From Coprothermobacterota bacterium (GTDB lineage Bacteria > Coprothermobacterota > Coprothermobacteria > Coprothermobacterales > Coprothermobacteraceae), in the NCBI GenBank assembly GCA_036679065.1, contig JAZIGN010000003.1, positions 480,001 to 544,000 on the forward strand: DNA of 64,000 bases, given 5' to 3'. The translations under genes were made by a program, and so were the position numbers. This document shows, in pieces, positions 52,455 through 61,621 of this stretch; position 1 is the first letter of the stretch; every line of letters starts with the position of its first letter. The notes under the pieces were generated by a model. The model saw nothing but the letters and a program-made list of their open reading frames with translations, was not told where the DNA came from and ran no database searches.

Positions 52455-54347
52455 ATGAAGAAGTTTTTGGCGTCTGTTCTGATGTTTTTAGTGCTCCTAG
52501 CGAGCGCAGTGCAAGGACAAGCTCCTGTGGAACAAAGATGGTTTAACCTTCTTCCTTCTGATTACGTCTACTCAGCTTTCTCCACAGGAGATAAACTCGG
52601 CTATGTAACCACCGATTTTGTTGGCGTGTTACCGACGGGAGCTACTGTACAGCTTTCTTCGGATATGGTTTCTTTTTATTTCACAGCATCTACTTTCTTT
52701 GTCCAAGATGTGTCTGGAAATGTTAAGTATTTTGCAGATAGTCAATGGACGAATGTAGGTATCTACAATGGTATGGCTTCCTATGAAGATAACCTTTGGC
52801 TATGGAAGGGCAATACTGTTAGCCTAATAACTCAAGATCCTAAAAATATAAGAGTTTTTGCTTCAATACCTAACGAGGTTACATATGTTAGTGGTTTGCC
52901 CGCTAATGCGCTGGTTTCTACTAATTTTGGTGCTTTCAAGTGCACTGAGAGTTCTTGTGAGCGGGTCGACCTGCGCTCATGTGATAAGGCTTGGGAACTA
53001 AAGAATGGTGATGTTGCCTGCTTAAAAGGAAACGTGCTAAGTTTGGGACAGCAATTTTTCGACAACGTATCAGGTGCATCTTTTTCCCATGGTTTACTGT
53101 ATTTCCTACAAGGAGACAAACTGTATGCGTTAGAGTCCTCTGCTACGCAAATTTCCAAAGTTGCTGCTAATTCCGTACTCAGTGGTGATTTTTTGATCAC
53201 TCCAGCCGGTACATTCCAATTAAAAGGGCAGACTCTACAAAAGGTTTCTAGTAAGGTCAGATTGCCACTTCTGGGTAGTATAAGTCCTGGTCCTACGTTC
53301 ATTTCGGATAATTACCGGTTGGTGTTCACTGATAAAGGTTGGACTGAGGAAATTCAAGATGAAAATGGCTTAAAAGTGAATGGTCTATTGATGTGGGAAG
53401 CTGGTGGTCAGAGTTACTCGTGGGGAGAGACTTCTAGAACAATTAGAGGTACCATCATTGATGGTTTCGGGGACGATCAGGAAGGATATCTGCTGGTGGT
53501 CAATGGCGACCGTATGGGGCGTAAGAATCTCTTAGTGATAGATGCTGTTACAGGTAAACCACTTGCTAGTATGGGTGTAAAGCCAATACTATCTTATGGT
53601 TACACGGGTGAAGGTTACTACGTGTCAACGTCCAGTGAAATCAAGCTCCTTTCTTTAGGAACCATTGCTAGTTTGGAAGCTAAGGTACCACCCCAAGATG
53701 TAGTTCAATGGAACGGGTCTGTGTACTACAGCTATGGAGAGTATCTGGTGGGCCCATTGGTTTATAAATTTCCAGACGCAATAACAGAGCTTGTGCCATC
53801 AGAAAATGGTGTTCTGGTCGTTACAGCTTCCTCGCTGTATCTGGTATCCAGCGATGTAAAGGATCTGGGCCAAGTATTCCCCAACTATCCTGCGGGCAAA
53901 GTACTCGATGTGGCTACGGAGGGGGATCGTGTTTTCTTACTTACTGGTGATGGCATTTACACATTGCTTCCACAGGTTCATGTTGTGTTACATGTTGGAA
54001 AGAACACATACACTATAAACGGCGTCGAAAAGACCATGGACGTCTCGGCTACTATTATTAACAGCCGAACGATGGTACCCATAAGGGTAATATCGGAAGC
54101 TTTTGGCTACAGCGTGCAATGGGATGATAGCCAAAAGAAAGTAACCATTACAGGCCTTGGTCACAGCATTGAGCTGTTCAATGGGAAACCAACTGCATAT
54201 GTTGATGGAGCTCCAATGGAAATTGACGCTCCACCCACGATTGTGCAGGGCACGATGTTGGTCCCTGTTAGGTTCATTGTCGAGTCCATGGGTTTAAACG
54301 TGTTATGGGATCCGAATCTTAGAAAGGTGGAAGTAACACTACCATGA
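52455..54347 (+). CDS. Secreted/surface protein with C-terminal copper-amine-oxidase-N (stalk) domain
   Basis: Signal peptide; RTMVPIRVISEAFGYSVQWD and LVPVRFIVESMGLNVLWD. Confidence 0.85.
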   Translation: MKKFLASVLMFLVLLASAVQGQAPVEQRWFNLLPSDYVYSAFSTGDKLGYVTTDFVGVLPTGATVQLSSDMVSFYFTASTFFVQDVSGNVKYFADSQWTNVGIYNGMASYEDNLWLWKGNTVSLITQDPKNIRVFASIPNEVTYVSGLPANALVSTNFGAFKCTESSCERVDLRSCDKAWELKNGDVACLKGNVLSLGQQFFDNVSGASFSHGLLYFLQGDKLYALESSATQISKVAANSVLSGDFLITPAGTFQLKGQTLQKVSSKVRLPLLGSISPGPTFISDNYRLVFTDKGWTEEIQDENGLKVNGLLMWEAGGQSYSWGETSRTIRGTIIDGFGDDQEGYLLVVNGDRMGRKNLLVIDAVTGKPLASMGVKPILSYGYTGEGYYVSTSSEIKLLSLGTIASLEAKVPPQDVVQWNGSVYYSYGEYLVGPLVYKFPDAITELVPSENGVLVVTASSLYLVSSDVKDLGQVFPNYPAGKVLDVATEGDRVFLLTGDGIYTLLPQVHVVLHVGKNTYTINGVEKTMDVSATIINSRTMVPIRVISEAFGYSVQWDDSQKKVTITGLGHSIELFNGKPTAYVDGAPMEIDAPPTIVQGTMLVPVRFIVESMGLNVLWDPNLRKVEVTLP

Positions 54348-55267
54348 AGGTTTTAGTAGTAGGCTTGAGTCCGGCTCTGGATCAAGTGCTGGTGTTGGGC
54401 GAATCGGTTGAAGAGGAGAAAATATTTAGACCTGATAGGCGATACAGAAGTGCGGGAAGCAAGTCCTTGAATGTTGCAAGGTTCTTAACCAGGTTAGGGC
54501 ATGAAGTTCATCTAATTGGTTTCTTTGGCGATTACATTGGTCAGTGGTTATTGAGTCAATGTCGTGCTGAGGGTGTGAATGTGCTTCCCATTCATTGTGA
54601 TGATGACAACAGAATTAACGTTACCATAATTGGAGCGGGCAAAGAGTATGTTATTTCTGACAGGTGGCAAGAAGTCACCGATCCCGAGCTGCACCTCTTA
54701 CAGGAGCATTACAGACACATAGTAAATGATTTTCCATTTGTTATCTTTGCTGGTTCTGTGGCTAAAGGTGTGGGTTTGGACGACTACGAGAACATGGTAA
54801 GAACTGCAAAGGAAGCAGGGGCAAAGGTCATTGTAGATGCTAAGCCAAGCTTTCTACGAGTTTCTCTGCCTTATGCATGGCTCATAAAGGTGAACCAGTT
54901 TGAAGCTCACGGCTTGAATGTACAGGAATTTCGAGGGAATTTGGGAATAACGTGTGAGAAATCTGGTGCTTTTTTTAAGAGTGAAAATGGTTTTGTCCTC
55001 AAGGCAGAAGTACCACAGGTACCTTGTGTTAATTCGGTGGGCGCTGGAGACATTTTCCTTGCCTATCTGATAGATGCTTACTGGGCGGAGGAAGACTGGA
55101 AAAAAGCATTGTTAGTGAGCTCAGCAGCTGCTAGCAGTAGCGTTAGCACGGAAGCCATTGGAGAGATAAATGTTCACTTGTTTGAAGAGCTAAAAAGATC
55201 TATCTCTGTCAAGGAGGTGGGTCTTGATGGCTTTAGTGAAGGTCCATTTTATGGGCGGTTTTGCTGA
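54344..55267 (+). CDS. PfkB-family carbohydrate kinase (1-phosphofructokinase-like)
   Basis: SPALD, AGSKSLNVAR, IKVNQFE, NSVGAGDIF. Confidence 0.88.
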   Translation: MKVLVVGLSPALDQVLVLGESVEEEKIFRPDRRYRSAGSKSLNVARFLTRLGHEVHLIGFFGDYIGQWLLSQCRAEGVNVLPIHCDDDNRINVTIIGAGKEYVISDRWQEVTDPELHLLQEHYRHIVNDFPFVIFAGSVAKGVGLDDYENMVRTAKEAGAKVIVDAKPSFLRVSLPYAWLIKVNQFEAHGLNVQEFRGNLGITCEKSGAFFKSENGFVLKAEVPQVPCVNSVGAGDIFLAYLIDAYWAEEDWKKALLVSSAAASSSVSTEAIGEINVHLFEELKRSISVKEVGLDGFSEGPFYGRFC

Positions 55268-55487
55268 GCTTGGTTGCGGTGATTTAGAGTTAGAAGCTTC
55301 TAACTATGCTGATTTGGTTTTAAAGGTGGCTCGTAATTGTCCAATTCTGTCAAAATATCTTCTAGATGAGCCTGAAGGTATTAAGTCTGATTTTCTTGCT
55401 TTTTGCCGGGGGAGGGTTATTTCGGACCTTAGTTTTGTCTTCGAGGACGGTGATGAGATCGCTTTTTATCCACCTGTAACTTGGTAA
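55227..55487 (+). CDS. MoaD/ThiS-family beta-grasp protein lacking the C-terminal GG
   Basis: VKVHFMGGFAE..EDGDEIAFYPPVTW*; AAGGAGGT SD. Confidence 0.75.
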   Translation: MALVKVHFMGGFAELGCGDLELEASNYADLVLKVARNCPILSKYLLDEPEGIKSDFLAFCRGRVISDLSFVFEDGDEIAFYPPVTW

Positions 55488-55538
55488 TTTGGTAACTCCC
55501 TCTATTTTCTGGTCGATTTTTTATGATAGACTTAATAC

Positions 55539-56855
55539 ATGGAAGTATCGATTGAATCTTTACTAAACAGTTGGAAGAATCGCAAGGATGAGTTTAGGAA
55601 ATCCTTTGTAAAACCAAAGGATGACTACATAAGTGCATTGCGCCTTGGGGAAGCTGTTGGCGACAGAGATTTAGAGGCGCGCTTCGAGGCATTACTGTCT
55701 CTGCTTGCTAACTACGGCTTAGTGGACATACCTGATGCCATCCTCAATAGAATAGTGGAACTGATAAAGCAAATTTGGAAGCGTCAAACCGTACTCGGTA
55801 TGACTGCTGGAGTTGCCTATATTCACTCTTTGGTAGAAGACCTAAGGCTTATACGTGCTAAAAATGACGCTGACGCCATTTTTGGTGAAAGCTCGGATCT
55901 GGTTCTGCTTTATTCATTGATGGATGTTCTTAGTAGAAGGCGGCACGAGGCTGGAAAGATTTTTTCGGCCATACAGAAGTACGATTGGAGAATAAAAATC
56001 GGTCCACTTGTAATCGCATTGGCACAATTCCTTCCAGTTGCGAGATTGGGAGAATTGTTGGATTTTGCTACTACTAAGGACTTAATCTCTGCGAAGGATT
56101 TGGCGAATCTATATGTGATTTTATACAAAAGGACCTCTGATATAAGCTACTTGAGGAAGGCATTTAGGGTTTACCTTGATGTGGATGAGGAAAAGGCTTT
56201 AGAGGTTTTTAAGGAGCTACTCTCCGTTAGCGACGACCTTAGAAGTGTCTATAGCGACTTGGAGAGTGTCAAGAGTCCTAGCAGGTTTAACCTCTTTGTT
56301 GTTTTGATCTCCGAGGCTGTGAAAAGGAAAGACATTGATTTTGCCAAAGAAGTGCTTTTGGAAAAAGAGGGACACACGCTTACTGTGAAGCAGGCTCAGG
56401 CTTTGGGACGAGAACTCGGGTCAAAATATCCAAAGGCTGCTTTGGAACTGCTAAAAGAATTGCCTGGTGAAAACGGACTTTATGCGTTGCTCGGGATTCT
56501 ATCAGGAACAAAAGACCTGGATGTGGCCATAGCTACCATGGAGCATGTGCTTGACAGACTCAAAACGTACTCTGGAGACACTTTGCTCATTCTAAAACAA
56601 CTAATAGCTGTTAGTATAAAACTGGATATATGGGATGAGCTTATTTTGTCTGTTCCCGATGATGCTCCATGGCTGGGGGATTTTGAAAACATCATGAGCG
56701 ATGCCCTGAAAGTGTTACAAGGCTCAGGTGATACAGAAATCCGTTTGGCGAACTTAGGGACTCCTATAAGCACTTTGGTACTCCAACGAATGAAATCGGG
56801 AGGGACGCGAGTAAATGAATGGTTTGACCCTACCTGGTTTAGTGATGAGGATTAA
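55539..56855 (+). CDS. Hypothetical alpha-helical repeat protein
   Basis: 438-aa Leu/Ala/Glu-rich ORF with no recognised motif. Confidence 0.65.
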   Translation: MEVSIESLLNSWKNRKDEFRKSFVKPKDDYISALRLGEAVGDRDLEARFEALLSLLANYGLVDIPDAILNRIVELIKQIWKRQTVLGMTAGVAYIHSLVEDLRLIRAKNDADAIFGESSDLVLLYSLMDVLSRRRHEAGKIFSAIQKYDWRIKIGPLVIALAQFLPVARLGELLDFATTKDLISAKDLANLYVILYKRTSDISYLRKAFRVYLDVDEEKALEVFKELLSVSDDLRSVYSDLESVKSPSRFNLFVVLISEAVKRKDIDFAKEVLLEKEGHTLTVKQAQALGRELGSKYPKAALELLKELPGENGLYALLGILSGTKDLDVAIATMEHVLDRLKTYSGDTLLILKQLIAVSIKLDIWDELILSVPDDAPWLGDFENIMSDALKVLQGSGDTEIRLANLGTPISTLVLQRMKSGGTRVNEWFDPTWFSDED

Positions 56856-56887
56856 AAAGGCTTGCCTAATAGATTGAATCATTCAAT

Positions 56888-56919
56888 AGAAAACGCCCCG
56901 CGACGACGGGGCGTTTTCT
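56888..56919. terminator. Bidirectional rho-independent terminator
   Basis: AGAAAACGCCCCG-N6-CGGGGCGTTTTCT perfect inverted repeat between convergent genes. Confidence 0.9.
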
Positions 56920-56933
56920 TAATGGCGTTATGA

Positions 56934-57419
56934 TTAGAGTCCTAGAAGGGTTTCTACTTCTTCTTCGTGCTCCATTTCTTCCTGCAGGATGTGCCTTATA
57001 ACGTGGAAAGTTACAGGGTCACCATTACCCGCATGTAAGTAATCAATAAGTTTCTCGTAAACTTCGATGGCTCCGCGCTCGGCCTCCAAAACGGATTTTA
57101 GGAAGCCTTGCCAATCTGATCTATCAGCAGGATAAGTTATCTTAGGATAATTTGCTTGTTTTAGTATCTCTTCCCAATCATGAATGGGTTCTCCGCCCAG
57201 TTCCACAATACGTTCAGCTAATTCCTTTCTGTGTTCCTCTTCATCTTCAGCCATTTCTTTGAGCTGGTCAGCAGTTATTTTTCCATCTAGTGTCTTTACA
57301 AGCTCAGCGCCCACCTCGTAATAATAGTAAGCTATCCACTCATCTGCATAAGCTTTGTTTAAAAGGTTAATCAGTTCGTCCACATTTCCTTTTGTGTACT
57401 TCCTTGCATACTCACCCAT
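56934..57419 (-). CDS. Ferritin-like (DpsL/bacterioferritin-related) di-iron protein
   Basis: LNKAYADEWIAYYYY, EEEH..LAERIVELGGEP, AERGAIEVY, DPVT..EEMEHE. Confidence 0.88.
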   Translation of the reverse strand: MGEYARKYTKGNVDELINLLNKAYADEWIAYYYYEVGAELVKTLDGKITADQLKEMAEDEEEHRKELAERIVELGGEPIHDWEEILKQANYPKITYPADRSDWQGFLKSVLEAERGAIEVYEKLIDYLHAGNGDPVTFHVIRHILQEEMEHEEEVETLLGL

Positions 57420-57437
57420 GTGTATCTACCTCCTTTT

Positions 57438-57797
57438 TTACTCACTCACTTTAACATCTGCCGAATTCTCCCAAAGTCCGTGAATGTTGCAATACTCTAA
57501 TGCGATAAGCTTTCCATTCTTCGGTACTTTCATAGTGAAAGTGACCTTTGGCTCGGCATAGGTAGGGCCGAGGTCAAAGGTGGCAATGTGAATGGGGTTA
57601 AAAGCTCGTCCCTCTTCTTCGAAAAACACTTGGATCCACTTAATGTGGTGTTCCACAAGATTCGGATGTGGAATGTCTTTCCCTACTTGTACTGTTACCT
57701 GAAATGGTTCGTTTGGTTTTACTTCAGATGGAATTTCAATGTAAGGAGTGTGTTTTTCTGTTTTACTGGTGTCATTTTGAACTTCATACGTCTTCAC
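57438..57797 (-). CDS. sor: Superoxide reductase (class II, neelaredoxin)
   Basis: EKHTP, HPNLVEHHIKWI, YCNIHGLW. Confidence 0.93.
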   Translation of the reverse strand: MKTYEVQNDTSKTEKHTPYIEIPSEVKPNEPFQVTVQVGKDIPHPNLVEHHIKWIQVFFEEEGRAFNPIHIATFDLGPTYAEPKVTFTMKVPKNGKLIALEYCNIHGLWENSADVKVSE

Positions 57798-57933
57798 AGA
57801 CTACCCCTCCTTTTAAGTGAATCTAAAGAAATATTACCACAAATACAAATGATCTATGCATAGCAACTAAACAAGCTCTTTTTGGGTATATGAATAGTAG
57901 GAAAGAATTATTTTGAAAGAGTGAGGTGATTAG

Positions 57934-58035
57934 ATGAGCGGAATATGGACATTGTGGATGGTTGAGTTGATGTTGAGTATGGTATGGTTTATGTTAATGA
58001 ATTACTCGCCCCGCGTGGCGGAGCAAGAGTGGTAG
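57934..58035 (+). CDS. Putative 33-aa hydrophobic small protein
   Basis: GAGGTG SD 5 nt before ATG; MSGIWTLWMVELMLSMVWFMLMNYSPRVAEQEW, followed by TAG TAA. Confidence 0.45.
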   Translation: MSGIWTLWMVELMLSMVWFMLMNYSPRVAEQEW

Positions 58036-58099
58036 TAAGTCTATCTAAGTCAAAGCTTTTTTAGGGAGCTCAGCTTAGCATAATCTTAGGGAGGTTAAT

Positions 58100-59128
58100 G
58101 TGAGTAATAGGATTTTTAAGAGAATTTTGCCTTTTGTAGTTATGGCTTTAGGAGCACTAGTGGTTCTAGGTGGTTGCTCCACAGGGCCAGTGGAAGTAAA
58201 GACAGCTGTGGTTCAAAATGGTACTTTGGAACAAACTGCCTATGCCAGTGGTACAGTTATGGCTAAACGCGAGTATCCCCTTTATGGGCCATCCGGAGTT
58301 AGCGTAAAGGACGTTCAAGTAGAGTTGGGAGATCGTGTTCAACAAGGACAGACCTTGGTAACCTTTGACGATAGCGATATAAAAACGCAGATTTCCTTAG
58401 CGCAAAACCAGCTTGACATATTGCAGATTCAACTTGACAGCTATAAGAAGATGAAAGACAGTGGTGGTAGCTTGGGAGGGACTCAGACTGCTGGTACGTC
58501 TTTGGACGATCAAATTGCGATGCAGGAAATCCAAATCAAAAATCAAAAACTGAACATAACGTCACTACAGAACAAATTAAAATCATTTACGATAAAAGCA
58601 CCAATAGCTGGCATCGTAGGTCAGCTTTTGGTTAGTCCTGGGATGCCTTCTCCCATGGGGCAACCTGCTGCAGTTGTATATGACGTTTCTCAGAGGAAAG
58701 TTTCCATGATGCTGAATCCAGTAGATGCAATGTCCGTGAGCGTTGGTCAGACCGCTAGCGTCTATTTTGGTGATCAAACATTCGATGCCAAGGTGTCTTT
58801 TGTGAGCCCTGTCAGTATGAACAATGCCGTTAGCTTAGAAGTCACTTTAGGCGATGGTACTGAAATCCCAATAGGCTCTTCTGTAGATGTGGAGATAAAA
58901 ACTGCTCAGCAAAGCGGTCTCATTATTCCATTGTCTGCTGTCATTTATGCAGAAGATGGGACGGCTTATGTAAAGGTTGCTGAAGATGGCGCAGTGAAGC
59001 AAAAAGCCATAAAGATAAGTGCACAAAATGCTAGCCAAGTTCTTGTTGAATCTGGGCTTTCCGAAGGAGAAAAAGTTTTAACGGATCATCTGGATTTAAC
59101 AGAGGGCCAGAAGGTTGTAACGAGGTAA
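58100..59128 (+). CDS. Efflux membrane-fusion (periplasmic adaptor) protein, probable lipoprotein
   Basis: LGGC lipobox, VELGDRVQQGQTL, IKAPIAGIV, IPLSAV, SGLSEGEKV. Confidence 0.9.
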   Translation: MSNRIFKRILPFVVMALGALVVLGGCSTGPVEVKTAVVQNGTLEQTAYASGTVMAKREYPLYGPSGVSVKDVQVELGDRVQQGQTLVTFDDSDIKTQISLAQNQLDILQIQLDSYKKMKDSGGSLGGTQTAGTSLDDQIAMQEIQIKNQKLNITSLQNKLKSFTIKAPIAGIVGQLLVSPGMPSPMGQPAAVVYDVSQRKVSMMLNPVDAMSVSVGQTASVYFGDQTFDAKVSFVSPVSMNNAVSLEVTLGDGTEIPIGSSVDVEIKTAQQSGLIIPLSAVIYAEDGTAYVKVAEDGAVKQKAIKISAQNASQVLVESGLSEGEKVLTDHLDLTEGQKVVTR

Positions 59129-59132
59129 GAAG

Positions 59133-59822
59133 ATGGCAGACGTAGAAATACAACTGAAGGGTGTACGAAAAGTCTATGGAAAAGGAGAAGCGGCTTTTGA
59201 GGCCCTCAAAGGTATTGATCTTGAAGTACAGAAAGGCGAGTACATTGCTATAACAGGGCGGTCTGGTTCTGGTAAATCTACACTTATGCATGTCATTGGT
59301 TGTCTGGACTCACTTACTGATGGAAAGTACTATCTGGAGGGGCAAGACGTATCTAAGCTCTCTGACGACGATTTAGCAAGGATCAGGAACAGAAAGATAG
59401 GTTTTGTTTTTCAGGCTTTTAACCTTTTACCCCATTTGAATCTCTTGGAACAGGTAATGGTTCCCATGTACTACGCTGGCATTACCGGCAACAAGGCAAA
59501 AAATAAAGCCATGGAAGCTTTGGACCGGGTAGGTCTATCTAGTAAATGGCATCGGCATGCTACACAGATCTCAGGAGGAGAAATGCAGAGAGTCGCCATT
59601 GCTAGAGCAATTGTCATGAATCCAGGACTCTTGCTTGCTGATGAGCCAACAGGTAATTTGGATACAGCTACATCGGATCAAGTGATGGATATTTTTCAGG
59701 AGCTAAACAAGAGTGGCAGCACCGTAGTGTTGGTTACACATGAAATGGATGTAGCATACAGAGCTAAGCGAATTGTCCATTTGAAGGATGGTTTAATCGA
59801 ATATGAGGAGTCGAAAGCATGA
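59133..59822 (+). CDS. ABC transporter ATP-binding protein (MacB/LolD-like)
   Basis: GRSGSGKST, IGFVFQAFNL, ISGGEMQRVAIARA, ADEPTGNLD, VTHE. Confidence 0.95.
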   Translation: MADVEIQLKGVRKVYGKGEAAFEALKGIDLEVQKGEYIAITGRSGSGKSTLMHVIGCLDSLTDGKYYLEGQDVSKLSDDDLARIRNRKIGFVFQAFNLLPHLNLLEQVMVPMYYAGITGNKAKNKAMEALDRVGLSSKWHRHATQISGGEMQRVAIARAIVMNPGLLLADEPTGNLDTATSDQVMDIFQELNKSGSTVVLVTHEMDVAYRAKRIVHLKDGLIEYEESKA

Positions 59823-61042
59823 ACTTGTTGTTTAGGCAAGTTAAAGAAGCGTGGTTGAGCATATTAAGAGGGCGATTACGTTCGTTTCTAACGGTTCTTG
59901 GGGTTGTAATTGGCATTGCATCTGTGTTCACTATTCTGACATTGAGCGCTGGTGTGACAAGTACTGTGAACAGCGAACTTGGACGATTGGGAAGCGGTGT
60001 CCTTCAGCTGACAGTCAGTCCGGCTGCAGGAAATGTCAGTTTCACTGAGCTGGACATGCTGGCGCTAAGAAATGCATCACCGTCTGTGAAATCCATTGTG
60101 CCCATACAGAATTTAACTGGTTATTACAGCGTTGCCGGTCGGAGTGGTATCGCCATGGTTTTTGGCACTAACTCAGAGTACTTTGGTTCTTTCGGCTTAA
60201 CGTTGGATCAAGGGCAGCTATTTACTGATGCAAACGTTCGAAACGGTGATTTGGTAGCAGTGGTTGATAAAATGGCTTTACAACAAGGCATCCTGCCTTC
60301 CGATATAGTGGGCAAAAGGCTTCAGGTAAATGTTGGTGGAAATACGTTTTCTCTTCGAGTGCTAGGTGTGGTAAAGAGTGGAGTTAGCATTGGAGGAGGC
60401 AATGGGGCAACAGTTAGTGTAGGTATTGATGAAAGGAATATTCCTATTACCGTTTATGTACCCTATACCGCACTAAAGAATGCTGGTTTATCCACTGAAA
60501 TTACCAGTTTGGCTGTTTCGCTATCCTCTCAAGAAGAAGTTGAGCCTTTCGGTAAGTTGGCAGTGAACTTGTTAAACAACATTCACCACGTCCGTGGAGG
60601 ATTCCAGGCGACATCTTTGGTATCAGCTTTGGATGCTGTTAATAACATTCTTAATGTAATTAGCCTGGTTTTGTCGGTCATAGCTGGAATTTCTCTAGTA
60701 GTAGGTGGCATCGGTGTCATGAACATTATGTTGGTTTCAGTTACTGAGAGGACTCGTGAGATAGGCATACGTAAAGCGTTGGGAGCTAGAAGAAGGGACA
60801 TCCTAATTCAGTTTCTTATCGAGAGCCTTATTCTGACACTCAGTGGTGGTGTGATCGGCATAGCATTGGGCTGGGGACTCAGCTCTGCAGCTAGCAGTGC
60901 TGCATCGATACCCATGCTGGTAACTTGGCAGAATTTGTTACTCTCAGTGTCGTTTGCGCTTCTAGTTGGAGTGTTCTTCGGTATTTACCCGGCTTACAGG
61001 GCAAGCCTGTTGAACCCCGTAGAGGCATTGCGTTACGAGTAG
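59819..61042 (+). CDS. ABC transporter permease (MacB/FtsX-like)
   Basis: RSFLTVLGVVIGIASV, GGIGVMNIMLVSVTERTREIGIRKALGA, LNPVEALRYE. Confidence 0.95.
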   Translation: MNLLFRQVKEAWLSILRGRLRSFLTVLGVVIGIASVFTILTLSAGVTSTVNSELGRLGSGVLQLTVSPAAGNVSFTELDMLALRNASPSVKSIVPIQNLTGYYSVAGRSGIAMVFGTNSEYFGSFGLTLDQGQLFTDANVRNGDLVAVVDKMALQQGILPSDIVGKRLQVNVGGNTFSLRVLGVVKSGVSIGGGNGATVSVGIDERNIPITVYVPYTALKNAGLSTEITSLAVSLSSQEEVEPFGKLAVNLLNNIHHVRGGFQATSLVSALDAVNNILNVISLVLSVIAGISLVVGGIGVMNIMLVSVTERTREIGIRKALGARRRDILIQFLIESLILTLSGGVIGIALGWGLSSAASSAASIPMLVTWQNLLLSVSFALLVGVFFGIYPAYRASLLNPVEALRYE

Positions 61043-61093
61043 GCTGGTCGCAGTATGGTTGCGTATAACATGACGCCTTAGGGCGGACTTGTC

Positions 61094-61148
61094 AAAGGAA
61101 GAAAGATATCTTGGCTGCTTTCAGGCCGAGCTTTCTTCCTTTATTTTT
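61094..61148 (+). terminator. Rho-independent terminator after the exporter operon
   Basis: AAAGGAAGAAAG..CTTGGC / GCCGAG CTTTCTTCCTTT followed by ATTTTT. Confidence 0.75.
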
Positions 61149-61309
61149 CTATATCATAGTGTTCTGTTTATCACTTTCTTTTTCAATGTTGCAGGTATCT
61201 GCTTGGTTCTTACTAATGCGTTTGAGAAATTGAAGTTCATCTTAGCTCCAGCTTGTGTTAAATTATTACCATAAGAATATTAAAAGGGAAGAAAGGGGAG
61301 GCGAAAATT

Positions 61310-61621
61310 TTGTCGCGTCGCATTCAAGAACATCCTATTCTCGAATTCCCCAGCACTAAAGAGGTTACCATCCTCTTTGAAGGGCGCCAGATAATTGCGC
61401 ATGAGGGCGACACTGTTGCTTCAGCGCTGATTGCAAACGGTATTGACGTTTTGCGAGAGAGTATGAACTTACATAGACCCAGAGGACTCTTTTGTGCTAT
61501 TGGAAACTGCAGTAGTTGTCTAATGGTTATCAATGGAGTTCCCAACACGAGGGCTTGTATTACCCCTGTGACCGAAGGTATGACTGTGGAGCGTCAACGT
61601 GATAAGGGGATGATGCCATGA
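61310..61621 (+). CDS. 2Fe-2S subunit of a proline/sarcosine dehydrogenase-like complex
   Basis: GDTVASALIANG, RPRGLFCAIGNCSSCLM..NTRAC. Confidence 0.9.
   Translation: MSRRIQEHPILEFPSTKEVTILFEGRQIIAHEGDTVASALIANGIDVLRESMNLHRPRGLFCAIGNCSSCLMVINGVPNTRACITPVTEGMTVERQRDKGMMP

Noticed and set aside
61089..61274. 61-aa ORF between the exporter and dehydrogenase operons
   Set aside because: Runs through a terminator hairpin and the promoter region; TTG start without a convincing SD
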